Below, one piece after another: positions 43,084-52,524 of a stretch of 64,000 bases of DNA. How positions within the stretch are numbered: position 1 is the first letter of the stretch; each line of letters opens with the position of its first letter. This DNA is from an uncultured Acidimicrobiia bacterium (GTDB lineage Bacteria; Actinomycetota; Acidimicrobiia; IMCC26256; JAENVU01): NCBI GenBank assembly GCA_963805415.1, contig CAWDUD010000005.1, positions 434,455 to 498,454 on the forward strand, given 5' to 3'. Made by a program: the position numbers and the translations under genes. Under the pieces are notes generated by a model that did not search any database, was not told the DNA's origin, and saw only the letters and a program-made list of their open reading frames with translations.

Positions 43084-44290
43084 ATGCGCTTTCTCGATCT
43101 GGTCAATGGCGAGGTGGCGGTGTTCCCGGGACGAGCCGCTTCCGGCAAGCCGGTGATCCTGGTCGCGAGTCCTTACGTTCCGTTTCCGCTGTCGCACGGA
43201 GCCGCTGTGCGCATCTACAACCTGATGCGCCGCGCCGCGGCCGATTTCGATCAGGTGCTGGTGGCGTTCACGGAAGAATCGCGCTCCTGTGCCGCGCGAG
43301 CTGCGCGAGATTTGCACGGAGATCGTAACCGTTCGGCGCGCCGGAAGTCATGCGCTGCCCTCGCGCGGGCGGCCCGATACCGTCGAGGAGTTCGACACGC
43401 CCGGCGTTTCATGCCGCGCTGCGGCAGACGATCGCCAAGTGGCGGCCCGGAATCGTGCAACTGGAGTTCACGCAGATGGCGATGTATGTGCCGGACTGTG
43501 CGCCCGCGCGGACGATCCTGGTGGAACACGACATCACCTACGATCTGTACGCCCAGATGCTGGCGACAGGCAGCGACGACTGGGAGATCCGCCGCCAGCA
43601 CCAACTGTGGACCAGCTTCGAGACTGCGGCGTGGCATCAGGTGGATCGCGTCGTGACGATGTCGGAGAAGGACCGAGCGCTGATCGACGCGGAGCAGTGG
43701 CGATTCCCAACGGCGTCGATCTGGACCGCTTCCAGCCGTCATCGCAACCGCCCGATCCGCGAAGGCTGCTGTTCATCGGATCCTTTGCGCATCGGCCCAA
43801 CGTGATGGCGCTGGAGTTCTTCCTGCGCGACGTGTTTCCGCGCCTCGAGAACGTCACGCTGCACGTGATCGCGGGCCAGCGGCACCAGCGCTTCTGGGAT
43901 CTGCAGCATCCCGGCGTCGAGGTCGAAGGGTTCGTCTCGGATGTGCGGCCGGCGTACCAGCGGGCGACCTTGGTGATCGCGCCGCTGGTGGCTTCCGCGG
44001 GCACCAACGTGAAGATCCTGGAAGCCATGGCGATGGGCAAGGCGATTGTTTCGACCGAAGCCGGGATTCACGGATTGGAGCTGGAGCGCGGAGCGGACGT
44101 CGTGGTGACGGACTCGGCGGAAGCGATGGCGGCGGCGATCACGCGGCTGCTGGAGGATCCTGAAGAGCGCGCCGCGATCGAAGCCCATGCACGGCAAACA
44201 GTCGAGCGCGTGTACGGCTGGGACGCCATCGCGCGCGAACAGAAGAAGCTGTACGAGAGTCTGCTTACAGCTTCCGCGCGAAGATCGCGT
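43084..44290 (+). pseudogene. Family-4 (GT1-type, GT-B) glycosyltransferase (several frameshifts)
   Basis: KPVILVASPYVPFPLSHGAAVRIYNLM (ORF 43033..). VEHDITYDLY (ORF 43350..). IPNGVDLDRF...LLFIGSFAHRPN...LVIAPLVASAGTNVKILEAMAMGKAIVST (ORF 43289..44533, E-x7-E region). The 3' end is approximate. The open frame to 44533 would overlap the convergent gene. Confidence 0.7.
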
Positions 44291-45812
44291 AGTCTAAGCC
44301 GCCGAAGAACGCGTCCCGAACCGCAGGCGGCAATTCAGCGAGCGCAGGCATGCTGTCGACCGCTGGAGTCAGCCGCTCGATCTCGACACTTCCGAACCCC
44401 GCTTCGATTCGAGATAGAAGCGCAACAGCGGCGCCGGAACCGGGCGCGTGTGCGTCGGGTCGAGATAGAAGTGGGTCGCGAAGATCGCCAGGCACTCCGG
44501 GTTGGGCGTCTCGATCGCGACCAGCGCTCCTAACCGTAGCTTCTGCGAAAGCAGCTTCACCAATCGCGGCACGGCCGCTGGAGGAAGATGCTCCACCACT
44601 TGGGCGCAGTACGCGCCTCCCAGAGAACCGTCGGCCAGGGATTCGAGATACTCGAACATGTCGCCCTGCTCGACGTCCAGGCCCTTGGAACGGCACAGCG
44701 CGACGGATTCCGTGATTCTGGTCGATTCCTCGTGCCGCGAGTCCGGCAGCCTTGGCGGCTTCGAGGAATTCGCCGCGCCCGCAGCCGATGTCCAGGATCT
44801 CGCCGAGGCGACCGGCAAAACGTGCGACGTAGCATTTCTGCTGCTCGCGAATCCGGTCTTCCGATCCGCGAAACTGTTCGGCGAAGCCCACCCAGTCGAT
44901 GTCCGGATGTTCCTGTGGCGCTGGCGTTGCCGTCGGTGCGGGAACCGCCGCGCCGGTCGCCGCGAGCTTCTGGCGCAGCAGCCGCAACTCGGTATGGATC
45001 AGGCGGTCATATTCGCCGCGGATCTTTTCCATGTCCTGCCACAGCCGCTTCTGGATGTCGAGCGTCCGCCGGTCCAATTCGTTGGTGAAATCGTCGTGCT
45101 GCTGGCGAACCGACTCGCGGAAGTTCTGCTCGATCACGCTGGCTCGCAGGTGGAACGCCGATTGAAGCTCGGACACGGTGCGCAGAAGATGGATCTCGCT
45201 CGCGGCGCGGCGCTCTTCGATGCCCGCGCGCCATTCGTCGGAATGCTTCTTGAGATCCTCGGCATTCGTCCGCAGTTCATGATGATAGGCGGTCAGGGCC
45301 GCCAGACCTCGCGTCAGCTCTTCGGAACTGGTCTGCAGCTCTGATGATGCGCGCCCAGAACGGCCAGACTCGAGTCAGTTCCTCGGAAGTCGTTTGCAGG
45401 TCTCGCCCTCGCCTGCAGATCCTCGGAACTTGTCTGCAGGTCTCTGCGCAGATCCTGATGATAGGCAGCCAGAGCCGCCTGACCCCGGGTCACATCGGCC
45501 AGCGCCTCCAGCGTCGCCTGAACGCAGGCCATGGTGGCGCGATTGAACTCGACCTGTTCCCGCACGTGCCAATCCAGCGCGCGGGAGACGAGCCGCTTGA
45601 AGCGCTGGATGATCGCCGTTCTTGAACCCGGGAGGACGCGGGTTTACGGTGCCGATCGCGGCGACCTTGGCCTCGGCGGCATCGCGAGCGTGCACCAGCG
45701 GCATCAGGTCGGCGGCCGTGACGCCATCGATGCCCAGTGAGCCTTGCGGAACTCGCGAGCGGGCGCGCTGCTGGACCTCTTGGATCGCCGCAGTTAATTC
45801 TTCGTCAGTCAC
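44265..45812 (-). pseudogene. Class I SAM-dependent methyltransferase with long N-terminal coiled coil (several frameshifts)
   Basis: Motif I is ILDIGCGRGEFLE (ORF 44265..45176). The post-I/II region VEQGDMFEYLESLADGSLGGAYCAQVVEHL is in ORF 44369..44818. The N-terminus TDEELTAAIQEVQQRARS...IGTVNPRPPGFKN starts at GTG 45812. Three imperfect repeat units of roughly 22-27 aa (ELTRG-AAL-AYH--LR--LQTSSE-L) lie at about 45250-45500. Confidence 0.7.
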
Positions 45813-45813
45813 C

Positions 45814-46225
45814 CTAACCGCTCCGCTGGCCACGCTTGCTCCGGGCCCACTGCGCCGTGATGCGCGTGGAAATGCCGCCGCGAGGAGTGAAGTCGCCGAC
45901 CAGCGTCGCGGAAACGGGGTCGCGCCCATTTGACGACATCCGCGAGCATGCGATTCACCACGTTCTCCTGAAAGATTCCCAGGTTCCGGAAAGCCAGCGT
46001 GTACATCTTGAACGATTTCAGCTCCAGACATAACTTGTCAGGTACGTAGCGCAGGGTCAAAGTGCCGTGATCGGGCAAGCCGGTCTTGGGACAGATCGAG
46101 GTGAACTCCGGCATCAGGATTTCGATCTCGTATCCGGTCCGGTACTGATTGGGCCAGGTTTCGATTTCAGGCAGATCCGCTTTCACGCCGGCTGCGGCGT
46201 GTTCGTCGGTGTACTGCCGCTTCAC
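45814..46225 (-). pseudogene. queF: NADPH-dependent 7-cyano-7-deazaguanine reductase (1 frameshift near 45925)
   Basis: EILMPEFTSICPKTGLPDHGTLTLRYVPDKLCLELKSFKMYTLAFRNLGIFQENVVNRML carries the QueF catalytic-Cys motif E-F-T-S-x-C-P. The C-terminus LVGDFTPRGGISTRITAQWA is in the adjacent frame. The GTG start overlaps the upstream stop (GTGA at 46225-46222). Confidence 0.85.
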
Positions 46226-47455
46226 CGGGTGCCCTCGGCCTGAGCGACTTCCGGCAGCGCCGCGGCGAGCGAGCCCAGAAATTGTCCGACGTCGGTCACG
46301 ACGCCGATGGCCTGGCCCGTTCCGCGATCGCTGACCTTGGTGGCGACCGCCGGGTTGATATCGACGCAGACGATCTTCACCCAGCTCGGCAGCATGTTGC
46401 CGGTGGCGATGGAGTGCAGCATGGAGCCCAGGCACAGGACCACTCCAGCGCCCTTCAGTTGCTCGGCGTAGGCATCCTGAGCCTTGTTCATGTCGGTGAT
46501 GGTGTCGGGCAGGGGACCGTCGTCGCGAAGGCTTCCGGCCAGCACGAAGGGGATGCCCGCCTTCACGCATTCATACATCACGCCGCTCTTCAGACGCCCG
46601 GATTCGACGGCCTTGGCGATGCCGCCGGCGTGATAGATCGCGTTGATCGCCCGCATGTGGTTGCGATGGCCGTGCTCCTCCTGGCGGCCGTCGCTTAGGC
46701 GGACACCGAGCGATGTGCCGAGCAGCGCGGACTCGATATCGTGCACGCCGAGGGCGTTTCCGGCGAGAAGGCCGTTCACCCATCCGGAGCGGATCAGCTT
46801 CGCCAGGGGAGCGACTCCACCGGTGTGCACCACGACGGGACCGGCCACCACGAGGATCTTCTTTCCCTCGGCGCGCGTCTGCTGCATCAGGGCGGCGATT
46901 TGGCGGACGGCGGTTTCGAGCTGGCGCTCCGAGGAGATTTCGTTGCTCATGAAGGCGAACGCCAGGCGGTCGCGCTCCTTGGATTCGGGAACCACGCGGA
47001 TGCCGTTCATGCCGACGACCACGCGGTCGCCCTTCTTCAGATCCCGCAGCCTGCGGCATGTCGCGCGCTTGCCGGCGACGACGATCATCGCGTCCATGCG
47101 CTGGTTCTCGACCTCCACCCACTTGGCCGGCGTGGCGCACCAGGGTCTTATGGTTGGTGGTGGAATAGAAATCCTCGGGCGCGCAGCAGTCGCGCTCCAC
47201 GGTGGCGAGATCGGCGTTGCCGGTATCGGCCGGACTGCAGCCCAGTCCGAGCAACTGGCTGAGCACCTGCTGCATGTCGGCCTCGTCCGGCGTTTCCACG
47301 CGCAGGCGCAGGTAGGACTTGTCGGCATTGGTGCGGCCGATGCGAAACTCTTCCACTTCAAATTTGCCGTTGTATTCGACCACCGTGTCGAAGATCTGCT
47401 CCATTAGGTGCGAATCGATCAGGTGGCCTTCGGCCTCGACGACTTCCTGTTGCAT
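46222..47455 (-). pseudogene. TIGR00300 / LOR-SDH-type protein (ornithine-cyclodeaminase-like; 1 frameshift near 47130)
   Basis: N-terminus MQQEVVEAEGHLIDSHLMEQIFDTVVEYNGKFEVEEFRIGRTNADKSYLRLRVETP (ORF 46571..47509). Remainder WVEVENQRMDAMIVV...LVVAGPVVVHTGG...GHRNHMRAINAI...AGSLRDDGPLPDTITD (ORF 46222..47361). The family assignment is from memory of the TIGR00300 pattern. Confidence 0.65.
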
Positions 47456-47759
47456 GGGGGTATCTTCAGGATACCGTGGCCCTGCGGGTCGGTGTAAACG
47501 CAGCGACAAAACGAACCCAGGAAGTGCTTGAAATCAAAGGGTCGCGATTTTTCATGTCCAAAATCCTACTTGCGGGGTTCCGCGGCCGTCGAGGTTGCGG
47601 ACTCCAATTCAAAGTTTGGGTCTGGAGGCGCGGAAGCAGGGGCGAAGGGAGATGCAAGTGGCTGAAAGGAGTTGAAAGAACGTTCCTGGAGATTGGAGAT
47701 TGCCGGGGGCAGCTCTTTCATGCGTCTGACAAAGGGTAAGTTTCGAGACAACGCGATCA

Positions 47760-48307
47760 AGGGATGTGTGGAGAATGTGCAAAATAGAAGTTGGTATTTA
47801 ACCGCGATGGCTGACTTGTCCGTTCCCTCATGCGACGCAACTCTCTCTCGGTCTGGGTCATCGTTTGAGTCTAGGCTGCTGTCCGTCGGGCGAGAAACAC
47901 GATCCGGCTCAACGTCACTGACGTTGCGGTCTGGGATGTCGAGGGCGCTGCAGGATGTCGAACGCAAAATCGTCGATGGCGCCGGAAAGAAAGGGACAGC
48001 GGGGCCGATGATGGTCGCTGTGCCGTCAAGCTTTAAGAGGTTGTCTTCATGATTCGACTGGGGAGCGTTGCCGTCTGACACAACCGTATCGCCCGAAATT
48101 CTGATGTCCGTGGCGGTCGGTTCGATCCTGATTGTTTGACGAATGATCTTTAGATCGACCGGCGCGCCGGGAATCAGAATTTCTCCAAACATTGATTTTT
48201 GAACGTCCAATGCCCAAGCTCCGGTCCACCTTGCCGGGACCGGGCCGGTCTGGCCGGACTGCAAAACAGACGGACTCAAAGAGGCAGATTCTGGCAAGCC
48301 GTTTCAC
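47760..48307 (-). pseudogene. Small secreted hypothetical protein, frame-disrupted (limits uncertain)
   Basis: Signal-like MKRLARICLFESVCFAV (ORF 48047..48307) is followed in another frame by LQSGQTGPVPARWTGAWALDVQKSMFGEILIPGAPVDLKIIRQTIRIEPTATDIRISGDTVVSDGNAPQSNHEDNLLKLDGTATIIGP (ORF 47566..48297). The distal half of that ORF looks non-coding. Confidence 0.3.
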
Positions 48308-48531
48308 AGTGCTACCGAGTATATACGAGCTGCTTGTTTCATAGATGGTCCTTTGAGAGACAAGGCGTGACTTAATTCACGACTTTTCTGCCCCGCCTCC
48401 GCAGTGGAGCACCGTCATCAGCAGGAGAGGGATGCACGCGGGTTTCCCAGGAGCAGAAAAACAGCTAACTAGCCATAATAAAATCGGTATCCAAATCGTC
48501 AAATGGTGACGGCACAGGAGGCCGGAGAATC

Positions 48532-50166
48532 GTGCGAGGACTCGCATCCATAGGCTACGCCGCTCTTTTGTCGGGCGCGGCGTTGGCCCAGTCGAGCGAC
48601 GTCACGCCCAAGTTTGGAACCGTGGACGTCCACGCCAGCGCCCCGAATACGATTCCGCGGATGAGGAGCCGATTCTCTCGCGGCCGTTATGAATTAGGGA
48701 ACGCCACGGTGGTGGATCTGATCCGGACGGCGTGGGATGTGGATGCCGATAACGTGCTGGGCGGACCGGGCTGGCTTGGGACGGACCGGTTCGACGTGAT
48801 CGCCACGGCTCCCCCTGGTTCGAGTCCCGAGAACCTGAGGGCCATGCTCCGCGCCTTGCTGGCGGACCGCTTCCAGTTAGCCGTCCATACGGACACGCGG
48901 AAACATCCGGCGTTCGCGATCACGCTGGCGAAAAAGCTCCAGCTTAAGGCACCCGCCAACTCTGAAGAAACCGGATGCCAGCTCCAGCCCAGACCGAATC
49001 CGCCGATCCGGCGCGGCCCTCCGCGAGCCGCTGGTGTTCGCCTGCCGCACTATGACTATGGCGGCGTTTGCGAATCAGCTACCCAGTCTGCCGGGCGCAT
49101 CCGGTTATCTGCTCAACTATCGCGTCGTGGATCAGACCGGACTGAGCGGCGCCTGGGATTTCAGCATCCAGTGGTCGATGCTCGATCCTGGTCCTCGCGG
49201 TCAAGCCGCAGGCAATAAGATCACCCTATTCGATGCGTTCAAGAATCAACTCGGGCTGAAGCTCAGACTAACCCAGGTCCCGACACCAGTCGTGGTGGTT
49301 GACAGCGTCAGGAAGCCGGCCGTCAATCTGCCGGGGGTGACGGAAAAACCGCCCGCGCACCCTATGGAATTCGAGGTGGCGTCTATCAAGCCGGCCGCCT
49401 CGGATGTGCGGGGCGGGAACGTTGCCATCGAGCCCGGTGGCCGGGTGCGCATCACCATGACGCTGAAAGATCTGATCTGGGAGGCGTGGGGCAATCTGAA
49501 TACGGACAGGATCGTTGGCGGGCCGAATTTCATGGGCACCACGGTATGGGTCATCGTGGCGAAAGCGCCCACCCACGGACGATACTCCGGGGTGGAACGG
49601 GCCGGTGTGGAATGGGCTCGATCTCAACTCCATGCGGATGATGCTGCGTGCGCTGCTGAGGGATCGCTTCGGGCTGGAGGCTCACGCGGAAGACCGGCTG
49701 GTATCGGGGTATGCGCTGGTGGCGGCGAAGCCGAAGCTCCGGAAAGCGGATCCCTCGAATCGTCCGGGATGCAAGGATGGCCCGGGGGCCGACGGGAAGG
49801 ATCCGAGGATCGCGAATCCCGTGGCGTCCAAGCTGGTGACGTGCCGGAACATGACGCTTGCGCAGTTCGCGGCGGAGCTGAGTAAGCCGACTGGCGAGGA
49901 GAATCCCATTCTTTTCAATTTCCCGCCGGTGGTGGATTCGACCGGGATCGAGGGCCGGTACGACATGACCATCAACTTCACTCCACCGGCCGCGTTCCCG
50001 AACCTGGCAGCGACAGTCGGCGATGCTGTGGCATCGGAGCTTGACGGGACAATTTCAATTTTCGAGGCGCTGCGACAAGCAACTCGGGTTGAAGCTGAAA
50101 TCGCGAAAGGTGACGGCGCAGGTGCTCGTCATCGACCACGTGAATGAGACGCCGACGGAGAACTAG
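48532..50166 (+). pseudogene. Secreted protein with two TIGR03435-type ('Solibacter uncharacterised') domains (several frameshifts)
   Basis: GTG 48532 follows the RBS ggagg. Domain 1: FGTVDVHASAP...YELGNATVVDLIRTAWDVDADNVLGGPGWLGTDRFDVIA...LRAMLRALLADRFQLAVH...VVDQTGLSGAWDFSI...LFDAFKNQLGLKLRLTQVPTPVVVVDSV. Domain 2: FEVASIKPA...MTLKDLIWEAWG...IVGGPNFMGT...MRMMLRALLRDRFGLEAH...VVDSTGIEGRYDMTI...IFEALRKQLGLKL...VLVIDHVNETPTEN-stop (50164-50166). Confidence 0.75.
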
Positions 50167-50220
50167 CCAATCGCAAAATCCCTCTGGTCTCTCAATTGCA
50201 ATAATACGGACGAGGGCAAC

Positions 50221-50550
50221 ATGATTGAAGCAATGAAGGGATTTCCCGCGAAGGTTCTGGCCTTCGCTTGCAAGGGACACGTCACGAAAAGCGATTACGA
50301 AACGGTGCTGATTCCCGCGGTAGAAGAAGCGCTCAAGCAAAAAGGCAAAGTACGCCTTTATTATCAGATCGATCCCGACTTTTCCGGGATTGAGCCCGGC
50401 GCCATGTGGGACGATTTCAAGGTCGGGATGGAGCATGTCCTTCGCTGGGAGCGCATCGCCGTGGTTACCGATGTGGATTGGATTCGGCATACGATCCGAG
50501 CCTTCAGTTTTGTGATTCCCGGGGTGGTGAAGATTTTTCGAGTTGCCTGA
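50221..50550 (+). CDS. STAS/SEC14-like (SpoIIAA-like, DUF3478) domain protein
   Basis: Intact 109-aa ORF: GFPAKVLAFACKGHVTKSDYETVLIPAVEEALKQKGKVRLYYQIDPDFSGIEPGAMWDDFKVGMEHVLRWERIAVVTDVDWI. This matches the family as I recall it. Confidence 0.65.
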   Translation: MIEAMKGFPAKVLAFACKGHVTKSDYETVLIPAVEEALKQKGKVRLYYQIDPDFSGIEPGAMWDDFKVGMEHVLRWERIAVVTDVDWIRHTIRAFSFVIPGVVKIFRVA

Positions 50551-50649
50551 GGCGGCCAAGGCACGGGAGTGGATCGCAGAGGGAATGACGCCGTGAGTCT
50601 TGCGCCGCTGCGCGATTTGGCCAGCCGTTTAGCGCGATAACGCGCGGCG

Positions 50650-51816
50650 CTAGCTCCCGGAGGTGCCGACGGTACCCAACTTGCGCAGCAGCGTGAATTT
50701 CGGGTGGGTATGCGGGCTTTCCGGAAGGCTGCTGACATTGCGCGCCAGCGCCTCGCAGGCTTTGCCGAAGGAGCTGCTGGAAGAAGCCAGGCGCGTTTCC
50801 AGAATCGAGTTGCGGACTTCTCTGTAATCGTTGGGGAGAGTCGCGAACACCTTCCCTTCCAACAGCCTTCTCGATGGTTTCCGCCTTCAGTTGACCGCGC
50901 TCCCAACGGTTGACCAGAAACTTCACGTTATCCGTGGGGATCTCGCAGCTTTCGAGCTCCGTCCGGCGCAGCTTCGCCAGCCTCACGGAAGGCAACTCGG
51001 GTTGGCACACGATGAAAACCGCCCGCGCATTGCGCACGAACTCAGCGGTCGCCTGGTTGATGACTTCGGGCAGATCCACCACGATGTAGTCGTACTGCTT
51101 CTGTGCAAAGAGCAGCAACTGGTAGTAGTCGGCCCACGAGGGAAGGCGTCCGCGGCGGTTGGGATTTGCGAGCAGCAGGTCCAAGCCCTTATGCGACGCT
51201 ATGACCTGGCGCCATTCCAGCGGACTCAGGAATTCGCCCTGATATTCGCATAGCATCGGCGAGGCCCTTATTGTCCTCCAGGTCCAGCATGATCGAGAGA
51301 GGGCCGGAGCGCTGGTCGCATTCGATCAGCAGCACCTTTTTGTTCGGCGGCAAGCGCGGCTGCCAGGTGGAGCGTCACGGTGGAGCATCCGCCTCCGGCC
51401 TTGGCCGGCACAAACGCCAGGATGTTCTGGTGGGTCAGCGGATAGCGCCGGTGGATGGCTTCGTACGCAGCCGCCTCGATATCGCCGGGCGAGAAGGGCT
51501 CGGCGAGAAGGTCCAGGATGCCGGCCTCTTCGAACTGGAGCTGCTCGGTTCGATCCCAGCGCGGCCGGAATCCGATAATCACGGTGCGCGGCAGGTTTGA
51601 CTGGATTTCCTTGGCGATGCCCGCGGCTTCGATCCAGTCGCCCAGATCCAGAAGAACAAGGGCGGGATTCTGGACCGTGAGTGCCCGGATGACTTCCTTG
51701 AGGTGGGGTACCGGTGTGATCTTGTAACAGGGCTGAAACGCGCCCGATTCCATCGTCAGCATCTCAATGGCATCGGCTGCAACGGGGTTGGGGGTCACTA
51801 CGGCGAGCCGAAGCAT
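50650..51816 (-). pseudogene. CpaE/TadZ-like protein: receiver-like N-domain plus MinD/ParA-type ATPase (2 frameshifts)
   Basis: ORF 51268..51816 gives MLRLAVVTPNP...LVLLDLGDW (receiver-like), then ILAFVPAKAGGGCSTVTLHLAAAL (deviant Walker A). The reading continues in ORF 50504..51256 (YDYIVVDLPEVIN...VFIVCQPELPSVRLA) and ORF 50650..50862 (FATLPNDYREVRNSI). Confidence 0.65.
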
Positions 51817-51864
51817 GAGTCTTTAATCGTCATTCTACCCGTTTGTCGTAAGCCAATGGAACTT

Positions 51865-52524
51865 CTAGTACCCAAAACGCTCTTCCTGCCACGGATCGCC
51901 GCGCATGTGGTAGCCGTTTTCCTCCCAGAAACCGGCCTTGTCGGTTTCCCGGAACTCGATTCCTGCCACCCACTTGGCGCTCTTCCAGGCGTATAGCCGC
52001 GGGACGATCAGCCGGGCCGGGCCCCCGTGCTCGGCCGTGATGGGCTCGCCATCGTGGGTCAGGGCGACCAAGGCATCCTCGGCCAGGAAATGTTCCGCCG
52101 GGAGGTTGGTGGTCCAGCCGTAGTCGTAGCCGTATACCACCACGAACTGCGCGTTGGGGAGGGGACCTCCGGCCCGATCCACCAGTTCCCGGACGGAGAC
52201 ACCTTCCCATAGGTTGCCGAGCCTCGACCAGCGGGTGACGCAGTGGAAATCGGCAAAGACTTTGACCCGGGGAAGGGCCTGGAACTCGTCCCAGGTCCAG
52301 GAGATAGGCCTGGCGACCAGGCCTTCGATGGAGAATCGCCACTTCGCGAGGTCGATGGAGGGCGCGCCGGAGGCGTCCAGAACCGGCCATTTGAGCGTGC
52401 GCGACTGGCGGGGCGGAATGCGATTCTCGCGGCGGGTATCGGGACTGACGATGACGTCTTCGCCCAGGGTTTCCGGGGAAGGGATCTGCTTGCCTTGGAG
52501 CTTGGAGGAATCCATGCCGAACAT
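51865..52524 (-). CDS. Sulfite-oxidase-like molybdopterin oxidoreductase
   Basis: Intact 219-aa ORF: WRFSIEGLVARPISWTWDEFQALP...ADFHCVTRWSRLGNLWEGV...HGGPARLIVPRLYAWKSAKWVAGIEF. This is the Oxidored_molyb pattern with the conserved Cys. Confidence 0.8.
   Translation of the reverse strand: MFGMDSSKLQGKQIPSPETLGEDVIVSPDTRRENRIPPRQSRTLKWPVLDASGAPSIDLAKWRFSIEGLVARPISWTWDEFQALPRVKVFADFHCVTRWSRLGNLWEGVSVRELVDRAGGPLPNAQFVVVYGYDYGWTTNLPAEHFLAEDALVALTHDGEPITAEHGGPARLIVPRLYAWKSAKWVAGIEFRETDKAGFWEENGYHMRGDPWQEERFGY

Noticed and set aside
45250-45500. Three to four imperfect repeats of roughly 60-75 bp that at first looked like a non-coding tandem repeat or degenerate CRISPR-like array
   Set aside because: There are no unique spacers. 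The repeats translate (minus strand) into a repeated coiled-coil unit continuous with the methyltransferase gene. They are coding repeats.
48366-48381. CGTGA-cttaat-TCACG palindrome upstream of the TIGR03435 gene as a regulator-binding site
   Set aside because: It has only 5-bp arms and is a single occurrence in the window. This is easily expected by chance, so I mention it only within the regional finding.
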